Assembly (NCBI GenBank): GCA_951406725.2
Contig: OX597815.1
Span: forward strand, 17,236,001 to 17,300,000
DNA from: Octopus vulgaris
Taxonomy: Eukaryota
DNA length: 64,000 nt
Direction: 5' to 3'
In this document: positions 27,373 through 40,252 of the stretch, one piece after another
Layout of the letters: each line of letters starts with the position of its first letter
How positions within the stretch are numbered: position 1 is the first letter of the stretch
Made by a program: the position numbers and the translations under genes
Notes under the pieces: generated by a model
Told to the model about the DNA's origin: nothing
What the model saw: the letters and a program-made list of their open reading frames with translations, nothing else
Database searches by the model: none

Positions 27373-27458
27373 TTCCGACATATGTTTCGAACGAAACATT
27401 GGTATTATTCCAGAGTGAATAAAATGATGTTAAACAATGCGATCCTCTCATCAGGGAA
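27373..27458 (-). ncRNA. Type I hammerhead ribozyme motif with a canonical core
   Basis: The minus strand reads UUCC-CUGAUGA-GAG...(long stem II)...UUC-GAAA-C-AUAU-G-UC-GGAA. That gives stem I UUCC/GGAA, all core nucleotides, a G10.1-C11.1 pair, palindromic stem III ACAUAUGU and a GUC cleavage triplet. Confidence 0.75.
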
Positions 27459-27964
27459 AAAGGAGAATCAAAACACATAAATAAGCCTTTTTAACCGAAT
27501 GTGATGACTGCGTATACGATGAAGTGAACGCTGGCAAATTATTTTTTTTAAAACAACCGTTAATAGATTTAACGCCAAATGGAATTTAGAGAAAGAGAAA
27601 GAGGAGAAAGGAAGAAATTAGCAGACAACCAAGAGTGGAGAAATGTAGTGCGACAGATAAACAGGAAATAAAGCTTAAAGGCATGGAAATAGATATATTT
27701 AGGGGAAATGAAATGTACGAAGACAGTTAAAGTTCGAATGTTATAGATTAACACCGGAAGTCGAAACTGTGTGCTGTCACAGCAACTCCACTTCATTAAT
27801 CATTTTCATATTTCATGGCTGCATATCCTGGAGATGTAGTAGGAGAGGATGTTGAGGATCCGCATCTGTTAGAAGAGGGGCGTGGTTGGAAGGAGTACTC
27901 TTCCACTTAGAAATTTAATTTTATATATCTACTGCTGTGTCAAAGTGTTGATAAAATTTGGTTT

Positions 27965-28095
27965 TCTAAGGAAGAATTAGAGATTGGTGGAACTTCGGCT
28001 GATTACAAATAATATTTACAAGAGATCTGCGCAGACGATTTGCTCCGTAATTCAATGAACATTGGTGGTCCCGACAGAATTGTTGAAATTGGAAC
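27965..28095 (+). pseudogene. Merlin/IS1595 (ISXO2-like) transposase fragment
   Basis: Translates EELEIGGTSADYK*YLQEICADDLLRNSMNIGGPDRIVEIG, matching the Merlin pattern VDW..FLREVC...IGGP...VEIDE. Confidence 0.7.
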
Positions 28096-28155
28096 AAAAA
28101 AAAAACTGTGACAACAACAGTATATATCCATATAATATATATGTATACGCAAGCA

Positions 28156-28378
28156 GGCGAGCTGGCAGAAATGTTAGAGCGCCGGGCGAAATGCGTAACC
28201 GTATTTCGTCTGCTGTTACGTTCTGAGTTCAAATTCCGCCGAGGTTGACTTTGCCTTTCATCCTTTCGGGGTCGATAAATTAAGTACCAATTGCGCCCTG
28301 GGGTCGATGTAATCGACTTAATCTTTTTGTCTGTCCTTGTTTGTCCCCTCTATGTTTAGCCCCTTGTGGGCAATAAAG

Positions 28379-28414
<36 letters not shown>

Positions 28415-28742
28415 TTTAAAAAATTCCGCCGAGGTCAACTTTCTTTCGGGGTCGATAAATAAAGTACCAGTTACGCACTGGGGTCGATGTAATCGACTTA
28501 ATCCCTTTGTCCTTGTTTGTCCCTTCTATGTTTAGCCCATTGTGGGCAATAAAGAAATATATATATATATATATATATATATTCTTTAAAAAATTCCGCC
28601 GAGGTCGACTTTGCCTTTCATCCTTTCGGGGTTTATAAATAAAGTACCAGTTACGCACTGGGGCCGATGTAATAGACTTAATCCGTTTGTCTGTCCTTGT
28701 TTGTCCCCTCTGTGTTTAGCCCCTTGTGGGTAGTAAAGAAAT
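28156..28742 (+). mobile_element. SINE family A array with (AT)n between units
   Basis: Three units. The first two tails run into (AT)n followed by TCTTTAAAAAATTCCGCC. Confidence 0.88.
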
Positions 28743-29861
28743 ATATTATCATATTTACTACTTTACTGTTATTTACGAAGTGCACCACCAACAGCGATCG
28801 CGTCTACAAGAAGTTTGTCTGAATGACTTCTTGTGTGGCTGCCACGTCGAGGGAATCCAGTGTGGCTGGGGTTGCTGACATTGTTAACCCAATATCGATG
28901 TTGAGATGGCTTTGAGAAATTCAGCACCAAATACAACAGTTAATGTGTGTGTGTGTGAGTGTAAGAGAGAGAGAGAGAAACGGAGAAAGGGAGAAGGAGA
29001 GAGAGAGCACACGTGTACCATATATACAGAGAGGAAAGAGAGCTAAAGATAGAAACAAGAAAGAGCGCGGGGGTTGAGAAACTGATATATAGTCAGAGGT
29101 ATAAGACGTGGTCATCAATGTCTGAAAGTCGTCAACGAAGTGAAAGCCGATCTATGCAAGGTTGAACTTTATTGATTTTTTTCCCTCCCGTTAGTCGTGT
29201 TTATATTGTAATATTTCCTTTAACAAATATACCTATCTGTCTCTTTGATTTTGACTTCTCCTTTATCAAGTTTCACCCACGTATACTGTCTTCCCTGAAG
29301 AAGTACATGTGGTGTAGATTTACGTAAGGAAATAGAAATGTTTGTGGGTGTGCTTGCGTGTAATATATCATGTTACATGTCTCTAGTGGTTTACATACTA
29401 ACCTTTGTCTTAGATACTTAAAATACTTTCTCTCATAAAGATGCATATACCACGCAAGATTTGATAGTCAATTTTAGCAAGATACTTCGACGCAGCGTTC
29501 AATTTTTCATTCATTCTTTAATTTTGTGTATCTGAAACTAAGCTTATTGTGCAGAACTGTTTCTGAGAACCCACGGAGTTTGGAATCTATCAAAGATAGA
29601 ACAATGACCGTAATTCTACCCGCTGTTTGTAATATATATTTTGTTTGTTCGACGCAATATGATAGTGACAACGCAGGAACGCTACATGATGATGAATCAA
29701 ACAATAAATGTTAATTTAGAAACGACATATTTTGGTATTTCTTTTGTTTTCTTGAAGTAAGTGGTTGAAAACACTGCGTTTAATGCAAAATTCTTTGCCT
29801 ATTTTGTTACGCCTCTTTGCATTTTAAGTTCAAACTCTTTCAGCATCAATAAAAGCTATAC

Positions 29862-30308
29862 CTATTTCTTTACTACCCACAAGGAGCTAAACATAGAAGG
29901 GACAAACAAGGACAGACAAACGGATTAAGTCGATTATATCGACCCCAGTGCGTAACTGGTTCTAATTTAATCGACCCCGAAAGGATGAAAGGCAAAGTCG
30001 ACCTCGGCGGAATTTGAACTCAGAACGTAACGGCAGACGAAATACCGCTAAGCATTTCGCCCGGCGTGCTAACATTTCTGCCAGCTCGCCGCTTTATAAA
30101 AGCTATACCTATTTCTTTACTACCCACAAAGGGCTAAACATAGAAGGGACAAACAAGGACAGACAAACGGATTAAGTCGATTAATTTAATGGACCCCGAA
30201 TAGATGAAAGACAAAGTCGACCTCGGCGGAATTTGAACCCAGAACGTAGCGGCGGACAAAATTCCTCAAAGCATTTCGCCCGGCGTGCTAACGCTTCTGC
30301 CAGCTCGC
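29862..30308 (-). mobile_element. Two tandem headed SINE A copies
   Basis: Each copy has its own head. ATAAAAGCTATACC is repeated at the junctions like a TSD. Confidence 0.88.
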
Positions 30309-31174
30309 GTATGCTTAGGGTTGAGTTAATCGACTCCATTTCTTACCTATTATGGCTTTTTGCCTACTGGAAATTAACATGTATCAATTTTCTTCCGTTC
30401 GATGTTAGATTTATGGATTTTAAAATATATTTATATTGGTATAATGAATTTTCCATTCAGAATATTTCATGAAACTCGTTTCGTGTTCTAGAGTGACTAT
30501 AGAGTAAGAAAGTATATTTGATAAGATGTAGTAAAAAAATGATATAGTGAACATTTTAAATTTCTTCATAAGAGTAATGTGTCGTGTGCTTTTAGCCAAG
30601 TAACTCAGCAAGATTTGTTTTTATTTGTTATGATTAATTCACGACGAACACCATTGGCACACACAAAAAAAAATCATGTAAAATATTGCTTTTAATGGAG
30701 TTTGGACACCCAAAACTGTCAAAATTTGTTTGTATTGGCAGATGCACAAGTGAAATTTCGTTGTTTCTCAGCTTTAGGCACTAGAGATACATAAAATCGA
30801 AACGAAATTAATAAATAAATATACTTTAAAACCTGACATTTTGAAGGACATGCGCAACATCCTACGAACTAATACTCAATCTGCGTAAATAAACATGATT
30901 CACATATATACGAAGGTGTATGCCGTTAGGATGACAGTCCATTTACTAATAGCTGGAAATACATACTCATAGAAGGACACAGTTCGATAAAGCGGTAAAT
31001 GTAAGCTGATATGAAAGTGAGTGCTTGTAAATTACAACGTATTGTTGTTCAACCAAAGGACCTCTGTGGCTAAAATAATTTTCTTAACACGTTAAAAATA
31101 TGTAGGAAGACTAAATTATTTAAAGCTAATTATGTCTGTTTGACTGTCGTAAATCTTGAAAACCACTGGATTCG

Positions 31175-31618
31175 TTTTTTTCATTTAGTTTCAGCTCACG
31201 AGCTATGGTCATGCTGGGGCACCGCCATTCGGTGTTGCTACGTGATTTTACTTCACGAATGTTTTTTAGCAGTTGACATTTGGTGCATGAGAGAGTTTGA
31301 TGCAGCTGCCCTCATCTGTACCTCCTGCCGCAAAGTTGGTTCATCTGGGACACCTGACAGGAAAAGGTCCAGCTTTGTTTTGAAGACACCTACATCCACC
31401 CCATGCAGGTCTCTTAGGTCCTTCGGGAGGATATTGAAGAGCTGTGGACCTCTGAAGCCCGGGCTATCACAGTATCTTGTCCTACATCTTGATGGCAAAT
31501 TTGGAGTCCTTGGCACTATGCAGCGGCGCCCAGTTCTAGTATTTGTGTAACTCTTGACGTCAAAGTTTGGGACAAGTCCTTCCAGGATCTTCCAGACGTA
31601 TATTATGGCATATCTTGC
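31175..31618 (-). mobile_element. 3' fragment of a second CR1/L2-group LINE family
   Basis: Translates RYAIIYVWKILEGLVPNF...GPQLFNILPKDLR...FKTKLDLFLSGVPDEP, homologous by eye to the C-terminus of the 20654 ORF. The 3' tail reads GGCGGTGCCCCAGCATGACCATAGCTCGTGAGCTGAAAC. Confidence 0.88.
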
Positions 31619-31994
31619 TCTAATGAAAAATATTTTTTAAAGATATAGTAAGTGACGTAGTTAAATTATCGCTGAGCTGATCCAACGAATCTGTTTCGAT
31701 TCTCTACACAAAGCGTTGATCTGTAATAGGCACTGTGGCTATGTATACTATGTTCCACTTGATTTATTTGAATTCTGACGCCAAATGTTGAAGTTGAAAA
31801 CGCTCTCCTGGGCTGTGTGGTAAGAAGTTTGCTTTCAAAACACATGGTTCCGATTTCAGTCCCACTGCGTGGCGCCTTGGGCAAGTGTCTTGTGAGTGGA
31901 TTTGGTAGAGGGAAACTGAAAGAAGCCCGTCGTGAACGGCAACGAGAAACTCAGAGTAACAGATTTTGTTGAATTTTCTGCTGCTTAAAATAAA

Positions 31995-32143
<149 letters not shown>

Positions 32144-32460
32144 ATATATATTATATATATATAAGTTGATTATATATTATTCCATTTATAATTTTAAAAA
32201 AAACGTTCGATCACCACGTGCAAAGAATTATTTATTTTGCTTCTGAGTGTTTATGTATGTGTGAATGGGTGTGTGTGTGTGTGTGGGATTATTTACGTAA
32301 TTTATTTATCTGTATAGTTGTGGGTGTGAATATATTGGTGTATATATCGAGTTCTGTATGTTTGTATATGTATGTGTGAGCGGGTATACGTATATTGTTT
32401 ATGAATGTGGGTTGTATGTGTGTGTGAGGGAGTATGAATAAGTATTGTGTTGAAGTATTA

Positions 32461-32529
<69 letters not shown>

Positions 32530-32532
32530 ATT

Positions 32533-32593
<61 letters not shown>

Positions 32594-32744
32594 GACCACT
32601 GATGCGGTCACAGGAGTGTGACGAAAGAACTTTGGCCGAAATAAGATTAAGATTAATGTAAAAAATAAATATCACTGAAGCAAAATAACACGAAATATAT
32701 AGTGCGTGTGTTTTTATTGCTAAACTGGCAATATGACCATTCCG

Positions 32745-32803
<59 letters not shown>

Positions 32804-33310
32804 TGTATATATTTGTGTGTGTGTGTGTGTGTGTTTATTCTCCCCACCATCACTATAACCGATGTTGGTGTGTTTACATCCCTGTTACTGAGCAGTTCGG
32901 CAAAAGAGACCGATAGGATAAGTACTAGGCTTACAAAGAATAAGTCCTGGGGTAGATTTGTTCGACTAAAGGCGGTGCTCCAGCATGGCCGCAGTCAAAT
33001 GACTGAAACAAGTAAGTGAATACCTGTCGTCGAAAATCAATGTTTTTCTCATTACGATGCTAGGCTTCGTTCCACCATCTCTAAACAAGTGCCACAATAA
33101 AAACTTTGGACACTCTTTCGTTAATTCACTGATGATTTATCCATGATAGAAGCATTGCTAATGCCTCACGTTTAATCATTTCTAATAGCAGTACACCCAA
33201 GTTGCTTTTATATTTTTAACCTGCCTACAACTTGTGCTGTTTCATAGTTCCATACATACTTCGATTGTTATCAAAACACATATGTGAATAAAGATAACTA
33301 TACTCTTGAA

Positions 33311-33595
33311 TTCTGTTGTGTCTGGGGAGAGTCAATTTCTTTTCGTGCCTTATTATTTAACACACTCACCGGTAAAATTTCCAGTTTTTTCTTATTTTTA
33401 TTGTCCTAAAATTTTCGTTGTGTGACGCAACGAAAATTTTATGACAATAAAGATAATAAAAAAGTGGAAATTTTACCGGTGTGTGTGTTAAATAATAAGG
33501 CACGAAAAGAAAATGACTCTCCCCAGACACAACAGAATATGCTTCAACACACGAACTCATATAAAGAATCTTGCAAACCAAACCCCAAAACGAAA
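33311..33595. mobile_element. Foldback insertion with 12-bp TSD TATACTCTTGAA
   Basis: Inverted arms of about 110 bp around a few-nucleotide loop at about 33423. The TSD is at 33299-33310 and 33596-33607. Confidence 0.85.
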
Positions 33596-34536
33596 TATAC
33601 TCTTGAAGTTATAAGCTCTTGTAGAATTGAACTGAATATTGCAACAGTCAAATTTCATTTTATTTCCTAGATGTCGTCTATATTGCTCTATATTCTTTTA
33701 AAACAAAATATGAGATGCATAAAATTTCTCCTGTTTTACGTGATTTCTCGATAGAATTTCTTACCTTGAGTCTCTTTCTGTCAGTGATTGTCCCGTTCAT
33801 TGCTTTACTCTGTATTTCACGACTGTGTTGTTGCTATTGTTATTGTTGGTTCTGCTTTTTGACATTGTTCAAAAAAACGTATTGAGTTACCTATTTTAAG
33901 CGTATCAGTTAATGGAGTGCTTCAAGTGTGATATATATATATATATATACTACATACATTTGTGTGTGTAGAAAGAATCATAGAACAGAAACATGTAGAT
34001 GTAATGAAAGACACTAATGGAATTTTAATGAGAAAATTAGATATTATGCGCAGGTTATTTATGTGTGCGTGTGAAAGAGAGATCGTGAGAATGACAGATA
34101 GACAGGATGTTATTAAGATAGATGTAAAAAAGAGATTATGTAAATAGATAGATGTAAATAAGGAGATAGAGGACATGCGTAAAAGTATAGAGCGATGATT
34201 TGTCTCCTGAACTTTATGTTTTTGTTTCGATTTGAATGAAATACATACTGGCATTTAAATTGTCAAGTAAATAACTCTCAACGAGAAGACGTGTCAATGA
34301 ACGAGATCGGAGTATGTTTGTGCGTATATGTGAGTAGATATGCGTATGCGGCATGCCCAAACTAGGGTTGTCTGTTTTTTAGGTTAACATAAAATACAAA
34401 CATTTTAAACAAAAGCATTAGAAGCAAGTGATTTAGCAAGGAAGCTGGAATAGAATAAGTCCGTAGAAGATGGAGTAAATTATTTGGTCAAAGATATGAC
34501 CGGATGTGACACAGTTCACTTGCTGTCGAATCAATA

Positions 34537-34752
34537 AGAAGGGGTTCTGAAAGTTCCTGGCTTTAGAGGTATCGCAAAAGGACTGATTGGAGGCACAACC
34601 ATCCAAGTTATTTTACACAGCTTAGAAAAAGCGAAGGACCCCTGCATTAAGTGAGTGAATCTGAGAGGGGATTATGTTGAATACAATCATAATTAACTGA
34701 TCCTCCTGTATTTTCTTTTACCCAAAGCCAGGACCTTTTCAGCACACCCTCG
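34537..34752 (+). mobile_element. Mariner-derived MITE
   Basis: Inverted ends GGGGTTCTGAAAGTTCCTGGCTTT and AAAGCCAGGACCTTTTCAGCACACCCTCG. An internal VNLRGDYVE resembles the mariner C-terminus. Confidence 0.7.
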
Positions 34753-35045
34753 AGTTTAACTTACTATCATGAAGATAGTTTCTAAAATAAAACCACGAGT
34801 CACAATACATCTCCAGCTGTTGTCCAGTCAGGGAAAAGCTTATATACCAATCGTTCGTTGACAAAGAGGGACACGCACGTGCACACTCATACGCACACAC
34901 TCAACCTTAATATCGAAAAATAATAATGACTGGGTGTAATAGGTGATCGGCCGACTTTCTGAATAGCTATCATTCTTTCATGGAGAACAAAAAAGGCAAG
35001 GGATTGGGCAATTATTTAATAGCTTATTTACTAATAAATAACAGC

Positions 35046-35470
35046 AGGAGTGGCTGTGTGGTAAGTAGCTTGCTTACCAACCACATGGTTCCGGGTTGAG
35101 TCCCACTGCGTGGCATTTTGGGCAAGTGTCTTCTGCTATAGCCTCGGGCTAACAAATGCCTTGTGAGTGGATTTGGTAGACGGAAACTGAAAGAAGCCTG
35201 TCGTATATATGTATATATATATATGTATGTGTGTGTATATGTTTGTGTGTGTCTGTGTTTGTCACCCCCACCATCGCTTGACAACCGATGCTGGTGTGTT
35301 TACGTCCCCGTCACTTAGCGGTTCGGCAAAAAGAGACCGATAGAATAAGTACTTGGCTTACAAAGAATAAGTCCCGGGGTCGATTTGCTCGACTAAAGGC
35401 GGTGCTCCAGCTTGGCCGCAGTCGAATGACTGAAACAAGTAAAAGAGTAAAGAGTAAAAGAGTAAAAGAG
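35046..35470 (+). mobile_element. SINE family D (CORE-like, internal microsatellite, LINE-type tail)
   Basis: Head TGGCTGTGTGGTAAG...GGTT(C/G)AGTCCC, then TTGGGCAAGTG, an internal (TA/TG)n and a tail ending GACTGAAACAAGTAAAAGAG. Confidence 0.9.
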
Positions 35471-35486
35471 TATATATATATACATA

Positions 35487-36037
35487 CAGAGTTATTATTC
35501 AAAGAGAATTAAACCGATTTCATTACGCATTATTTTAATAAGGAAACGCAATAGAAAACTCCAGCGAAGTCACAAGTATTTACTCACAATCAACTTTTAT
35601 TTCCTGTCTTACAAGCTTTCAATGTGGCCACTACCTGCAGCACGGGCAACGCAACATCAGTGTGATGAGAGAATTCCTTCCAGACGGGTATCAGTATATC
35701 AAAACCAAGTTCATTATGGAACTAAAGAATAAATTTGATTTGCTTGAGGCGATTCCAGAAGATATTGACATTGAAGGGAAATGGAAAAACTTCGATAAAG
35801 AATTCAACCAGACAGCCAAAGAAGTACTCAGGGGATCGTGATATGCTGATACGCATCTGGGAGGAATTCTCTTATCGCACTCATGTTGCCCGTGCTGCAA
35901 GTGGTGGCTACTTTGAACACTTGGAAGACAGGAAATAAAGTTGATTGTGAGTAAATTCTTGTGACTTACCTGGAGTTTTCTATTGCTTTCCCTTATTAAC
36001 ATATTGCGTAATGAAATCGGTTCATTCTTCTTGAATA

Positions 36038-36043
<6 letters not shown>
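35487..36043. mobile_element. Tc1/mariner-type element made of two inverted right ends around an RTE fragment
   Basis: 35487-35697 is the reverse complement of about 35843-36043, and both arms encode the transposase C-terminus ([23 protein letters not shown]). The core 35698-35840 translates [12 protein letters not shown]...[18 protein letters not shown]. Confidence 0.75.
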
Positions 36044-36091
<48 letters not shown>

Positions 36092-36954
36092 GTATATATA
36101 TATGTATATATATATATATGTATATATATGTATATATATATGTATATATATATATATATAATTGTGTGTATATATATATATGTGTATATATATGTATATG
36201 TATGTATTTATGTATGCATGCATGTATGTATGTATGTGTGTATGTATGTATGTATGTATGTATGTATGTATGTATGTATGTATGTATGTATCTGACATGC
36301 TACGTTCACTTTCCGACCACCAAATCCACCCTCAAGATTTTTATTGGCCCGGAGCTATAGAAAAAGACACTTTGACCAATGTGCAGCACAATGGGTCTGA
36401 AACCAAGACCACATGGTTGATAAGCTTCTTACCGTCTCAGCTCCACCTGAAGTATATTCGAACACAATATTGACAAAATAGATGTTGGAAATTGATGGTT
36501 TGGTATCAAATTTTAACATTAAACAGTTTTTTAGGATGATTACAAAAGTTGCCAACATCAGTTAAAATGCACACCTGGCATTTGCAATGAATAGCGAAAA
36601 ACTAATTACTGATAACCTCACCTGCACAATGAAGGCAAATCTATCTCACATTTAGTTGACTTAATACCATGCATCTATCAGTTTGCGAAGATAAGAATTT
36701 AATCAATGACATAGATGGTTCTTCCACAGTTTTCAATTAACCTATCACCCTACAGTTTAACTCAGCATACCAGAGCCTGTTTCACAAATACATGTACCCT
36801 TAATGTAATAACCAAGCAAAATCAGTGGGTGGCATGGCTGATTCCTTGAATTATACAGTCCTTCTGGTGGGCCTCCCTCACAGTTTTCGTCCACTGTGTC
36901 TCACAAGGCTGTGCTGACTCTAAGTTTATGTAAGACAGTTGTCTAAGATGCCAC

Positions 36955-37846
36955 TAAGTGGAATCTGGCGTAACTTTCATATCTTTGACACCTTTCTCAC
37001 CTTTCTCGCAATTTTCTGAAGATTCTTCGCAATCCCTTGAAGCTTGATCTTTATCTGAATCGTCGCCATCGTTTGGTGGATGAAGTACCAGTTGAAGATC
37101 ATCAGCATTATCAATTTCCTCAATAAAATGTTCAGTATCATCACCAGATTCGATTATATTTAGGAATTCTTCAGCGTATCTTCCGCCATCAAGTTTTCTC
37201 TTAAACATATTTAACGTTCTAGAAATAAGAATTATATATATATATATATCTATATATATATATATCACTTGCAATTATGCAAACATTAGTTTGCTAGTAA
37301 ACAGGCTACTTTTAATGAAGAAAAGAAATAAATATTGAAAATTTAAGATTCAAGAGCAAAATATTTTAATTTACAATTGTTTTAAAGTTTTTGGGCTCGT
37401 TATTAACAGAATTAACGATTGTATGTCCAAACCTGAAAAACTTCATTTTTGAAATGCACACACGAATTCCCTGCGTATGTTTTATGATATGCACATATAC
37501 ACACGTTAATAAATTGAAACTTTAGACATGTTTAGCTTGCAAAAGACATGTTTAGCTTGCAAAAGGAATGTTTACTTAATAAAAAATACAAAAGCAAAAT
37601 AAAATATTACAAAATATTTAAAGCATACAAATAAGCACTTCTTCCTTACTTCAAAATTTGAAGAAACGAGACTAGCACAATTTATAAATGGTCAAAGTAT
37701 GACTTTGATGCCAAATATTGCTAGAAAGGTTCTTTATCTTCAGAAAGGTCTTTGATACCTAAATTTATGTAGTTATTTTATATGAATATTTTCATCCGAA
37801 ACAAAAAAGCGTATGATAAATCATACGCTAGGCATTAATGGTTTAA
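36955..37846 (-). mobile_element. piggyBac-like 5' remnant
   Basis: The acidic N-terminus LVLHPPNDGDDSDKD is typical of PGBD-type transposases. The upstream end reads TTAA-ACCATTAATGCCTAGCG on the minus strand. Confidence 0.45.
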
Positions 37847-38215
37847 TGTAGCTACGACTTCATCCCAAAATCTGACCCTCCTCTCCAGGGCCAGGAAATA
37901 TTCCATCTTCTAACAATGACTAATACTCAACAAAACTCTATAAAGGAATGCTGCTCTATCACCCAGGGCAGTGCATGCGGTATATATACACGGTATACAA
38001 ACAGCACTCAGTGAAAGACAACTAAATTGACTGGCATAAAAATCACTGAGACATGCTCCAACCTCAGGCCCACTTGAGTGCTGTCTCCTTTCTGCTTTAC
38101 ACTAGACATAATACGTAAAAGGAGGAAAAAAACAAAAAAAAATAACAAAACAAAATAAAACAAATAACGAAAAGCATTGCTTGCATCAAAATGTATTTTC
38201 ATACTTTCTTGGTAA

Positions 38216-38448
38216 GGTGGCGAGCTGGCAGAATCGTTAGCACGCCGAACGAAATACCTAGCGGTACTTCGTCTGCCGTTACATTCTGAGTTCAAATTCT
38301 GCCGAGGTCGAATTTGACTTTTCATCCTTTCGGGGTGGATTAAATAAGTACCAGTTAGGCACTGGGGTCGATGTAACCGACTTAATCCCTTTGTCTGTCG
38401 TTCTTTGTCCGCTGTGCGTTTAGCCCCCTGTTTGGTAATAAAGAAATA
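38216..38448 (+). mobile_element. Single SINE A with a TSD of about 24 bp
   Basis: AAATG(T/C)ATTTTCATACTTTCTTGG lies on both flanks. Confidence 0.9.
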
Positions 38449-38969
38449 AATGCATTTTCATACTTTCTTGGGTTTGTATTCATTTAAAAGAAACTCTAGA
38501 TGTAATAGAATTTATTGAATGGAATGCAATACAAGCGATACTTCTGTGGTATATTTAAAGTGCGGTTATGTTAAAAATGATGGCAAAACTCAAGTTTGAG
38601 AACTGAAATTATGTAGTTATAACGCGGCTGCTATCTACAAAATATTCACATAAATATGAATGGGGTGAAACTGGTGTTGCAGCTTCTTGGTTTATCTTGA
38701 TTTCTTCCTGCTTTATATCTTCGGCAAGGAACGAAGGAAATATATGGAGAATTGAATTACAAATTTAAAAAGTTTACGACGGAATCTAACGCGGCTTTTA
38801 CTGACGTTTATTTTACGGTAAGATTTGTGTGTGTGTGTGTGTTTCATATATTGAATGGAATGTAGTTCAAGCGATACTTCTGTGGTATATCTAAAGTGCA
38901 GTTATAGTAAAAATGCTGACAAACACACACACTGACACAGACACAAACGCACACACACACACACACACA

Positions 38970-40217
38970 CAGGGGTTAGACAAAATAATGGAAACACCTA
39001 GCATCATAGCATCATAATTTTGAAACATCTATAAATCCGTCAAAAGCTTGTTTATTTTTGTTTTTTTATTTGTTATTAGTGTTGCTTAATATGTTTTGCT
39101 AAAATTGATGTTTCTTTCCAGATATCTTCAGAAAAAGGTAATTAAAATTCGTTAAAATGACAGATCTATCGGACTTTCAAAGAGGTCAAATTGTTGGTGC
39201 TCCTACGGCAGGCGCTAGCGTAATGAAAACAGCCGAAATGTTTAGTGTGTCAAGGAGTATTGTCTCGAAAGTTATGACAACCTTTGAGAAAGTGGGAAAA
39301 ACCTCCTCGTCGAAATAAAACTCCGGAAGAAAACCAAAACTTTCAGATAGGGACCGTCGGACTGTTACGCGAATTGTTAGAAAGGATCACAAAAGTACAG
39401 CTCCCAAAATTACTGCAGAGCTTAATGACCACCTCGAGAACCCTATTTTCACAAAATCTTCAACGGGAGCTGCACAAAGCCGGATTTCACAAGAGGGCGG
39501 CAATCAGAAAACCACTACTTTCAAAAACAAATTTTGCAAAGCGTTTAGAGTAGAGTAAAAACCTGCAAAATTGGTCCCTAGAGCTGTGGAAGAATGTTAT
39601 TTTCTCGGACGAGTCATCCCGGCCGAGTATACGTGTGGAGACAGCCAAAGAAGCATTTGACCCAGATTACCTTCTTCCAACTGTTTAACATGGAGGAGGA
39701 TCTGTGATGATCTGGTGGGGAAGGGCTACATCTTGGAAATCTGCCGGCCCAATGGTTTCTCTTCATGGCAGACTTAATAAAGACTATCTAAGCATTTTAT
39801 CTGATCAAATTCATCCTATAGTTGCATAACTGTTTCCGGAGGGAAACGCAAGCTTTCAGGATGATAATGCACCAGTTCACTCAGCTAAAGTTGTCACTGA
39901 ATGGCACGAGGAACATTCTAGTGAAATTGAACATTTTATCCGGCCTTCATAGTCGCTAGATCTCAATATCATCGAACATTTATGATGCATTTTAGAAAAA
40001 CAATTCAGGAGTCGATATCCTCCACGATCATCACTATAAGAACTGGAGGCTGTTTTAGCTGAAGAATTGACAAAAATTCCTTTGGAAACAATTCAAACTT
40101 TGTACGAGTCCATACCTCGTAGAATTCAAACTGTAATTACTGCCAAATGCGGTCCTACCCCATATTAAAATAAATATCTTTGAAATTTTGTGTTTCCTTT
40201 ATTTTGTCCAACCCCTG
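38970..40217 (+). mobile_element. Full-length but inactivated Tc1-family transposon
   Basis: TIRs are CAGGGGTTAGACAAAATAATGGAAACAC and GTGTTTCCTTTATTTTGTCCAACCCCTG. The transposase starts at ATG 39157 (MTDLSDFQRGQIVG) and carries FSDES, FQDDNAPVH, DLNIIEHL and a terminal GPTPY*, with many stops and frameshifts. It is inserted at a (CA)n/(TG)n junction. Confidence 0.93.
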
Positions 40218-40218
40218 C

Positions 40219-40252
<34 letters not shown>

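Noticed and set aside
28770-28930. GC-richer minus-strand open segment as an exon
   Set aside because: Short, no recognisable homology and weak splice signals.
29290-29350. TTCC-CTGAAGA hammerhead start
   Set aside because: I could not find a matching stem II closure, stem III or cleavage triplet.
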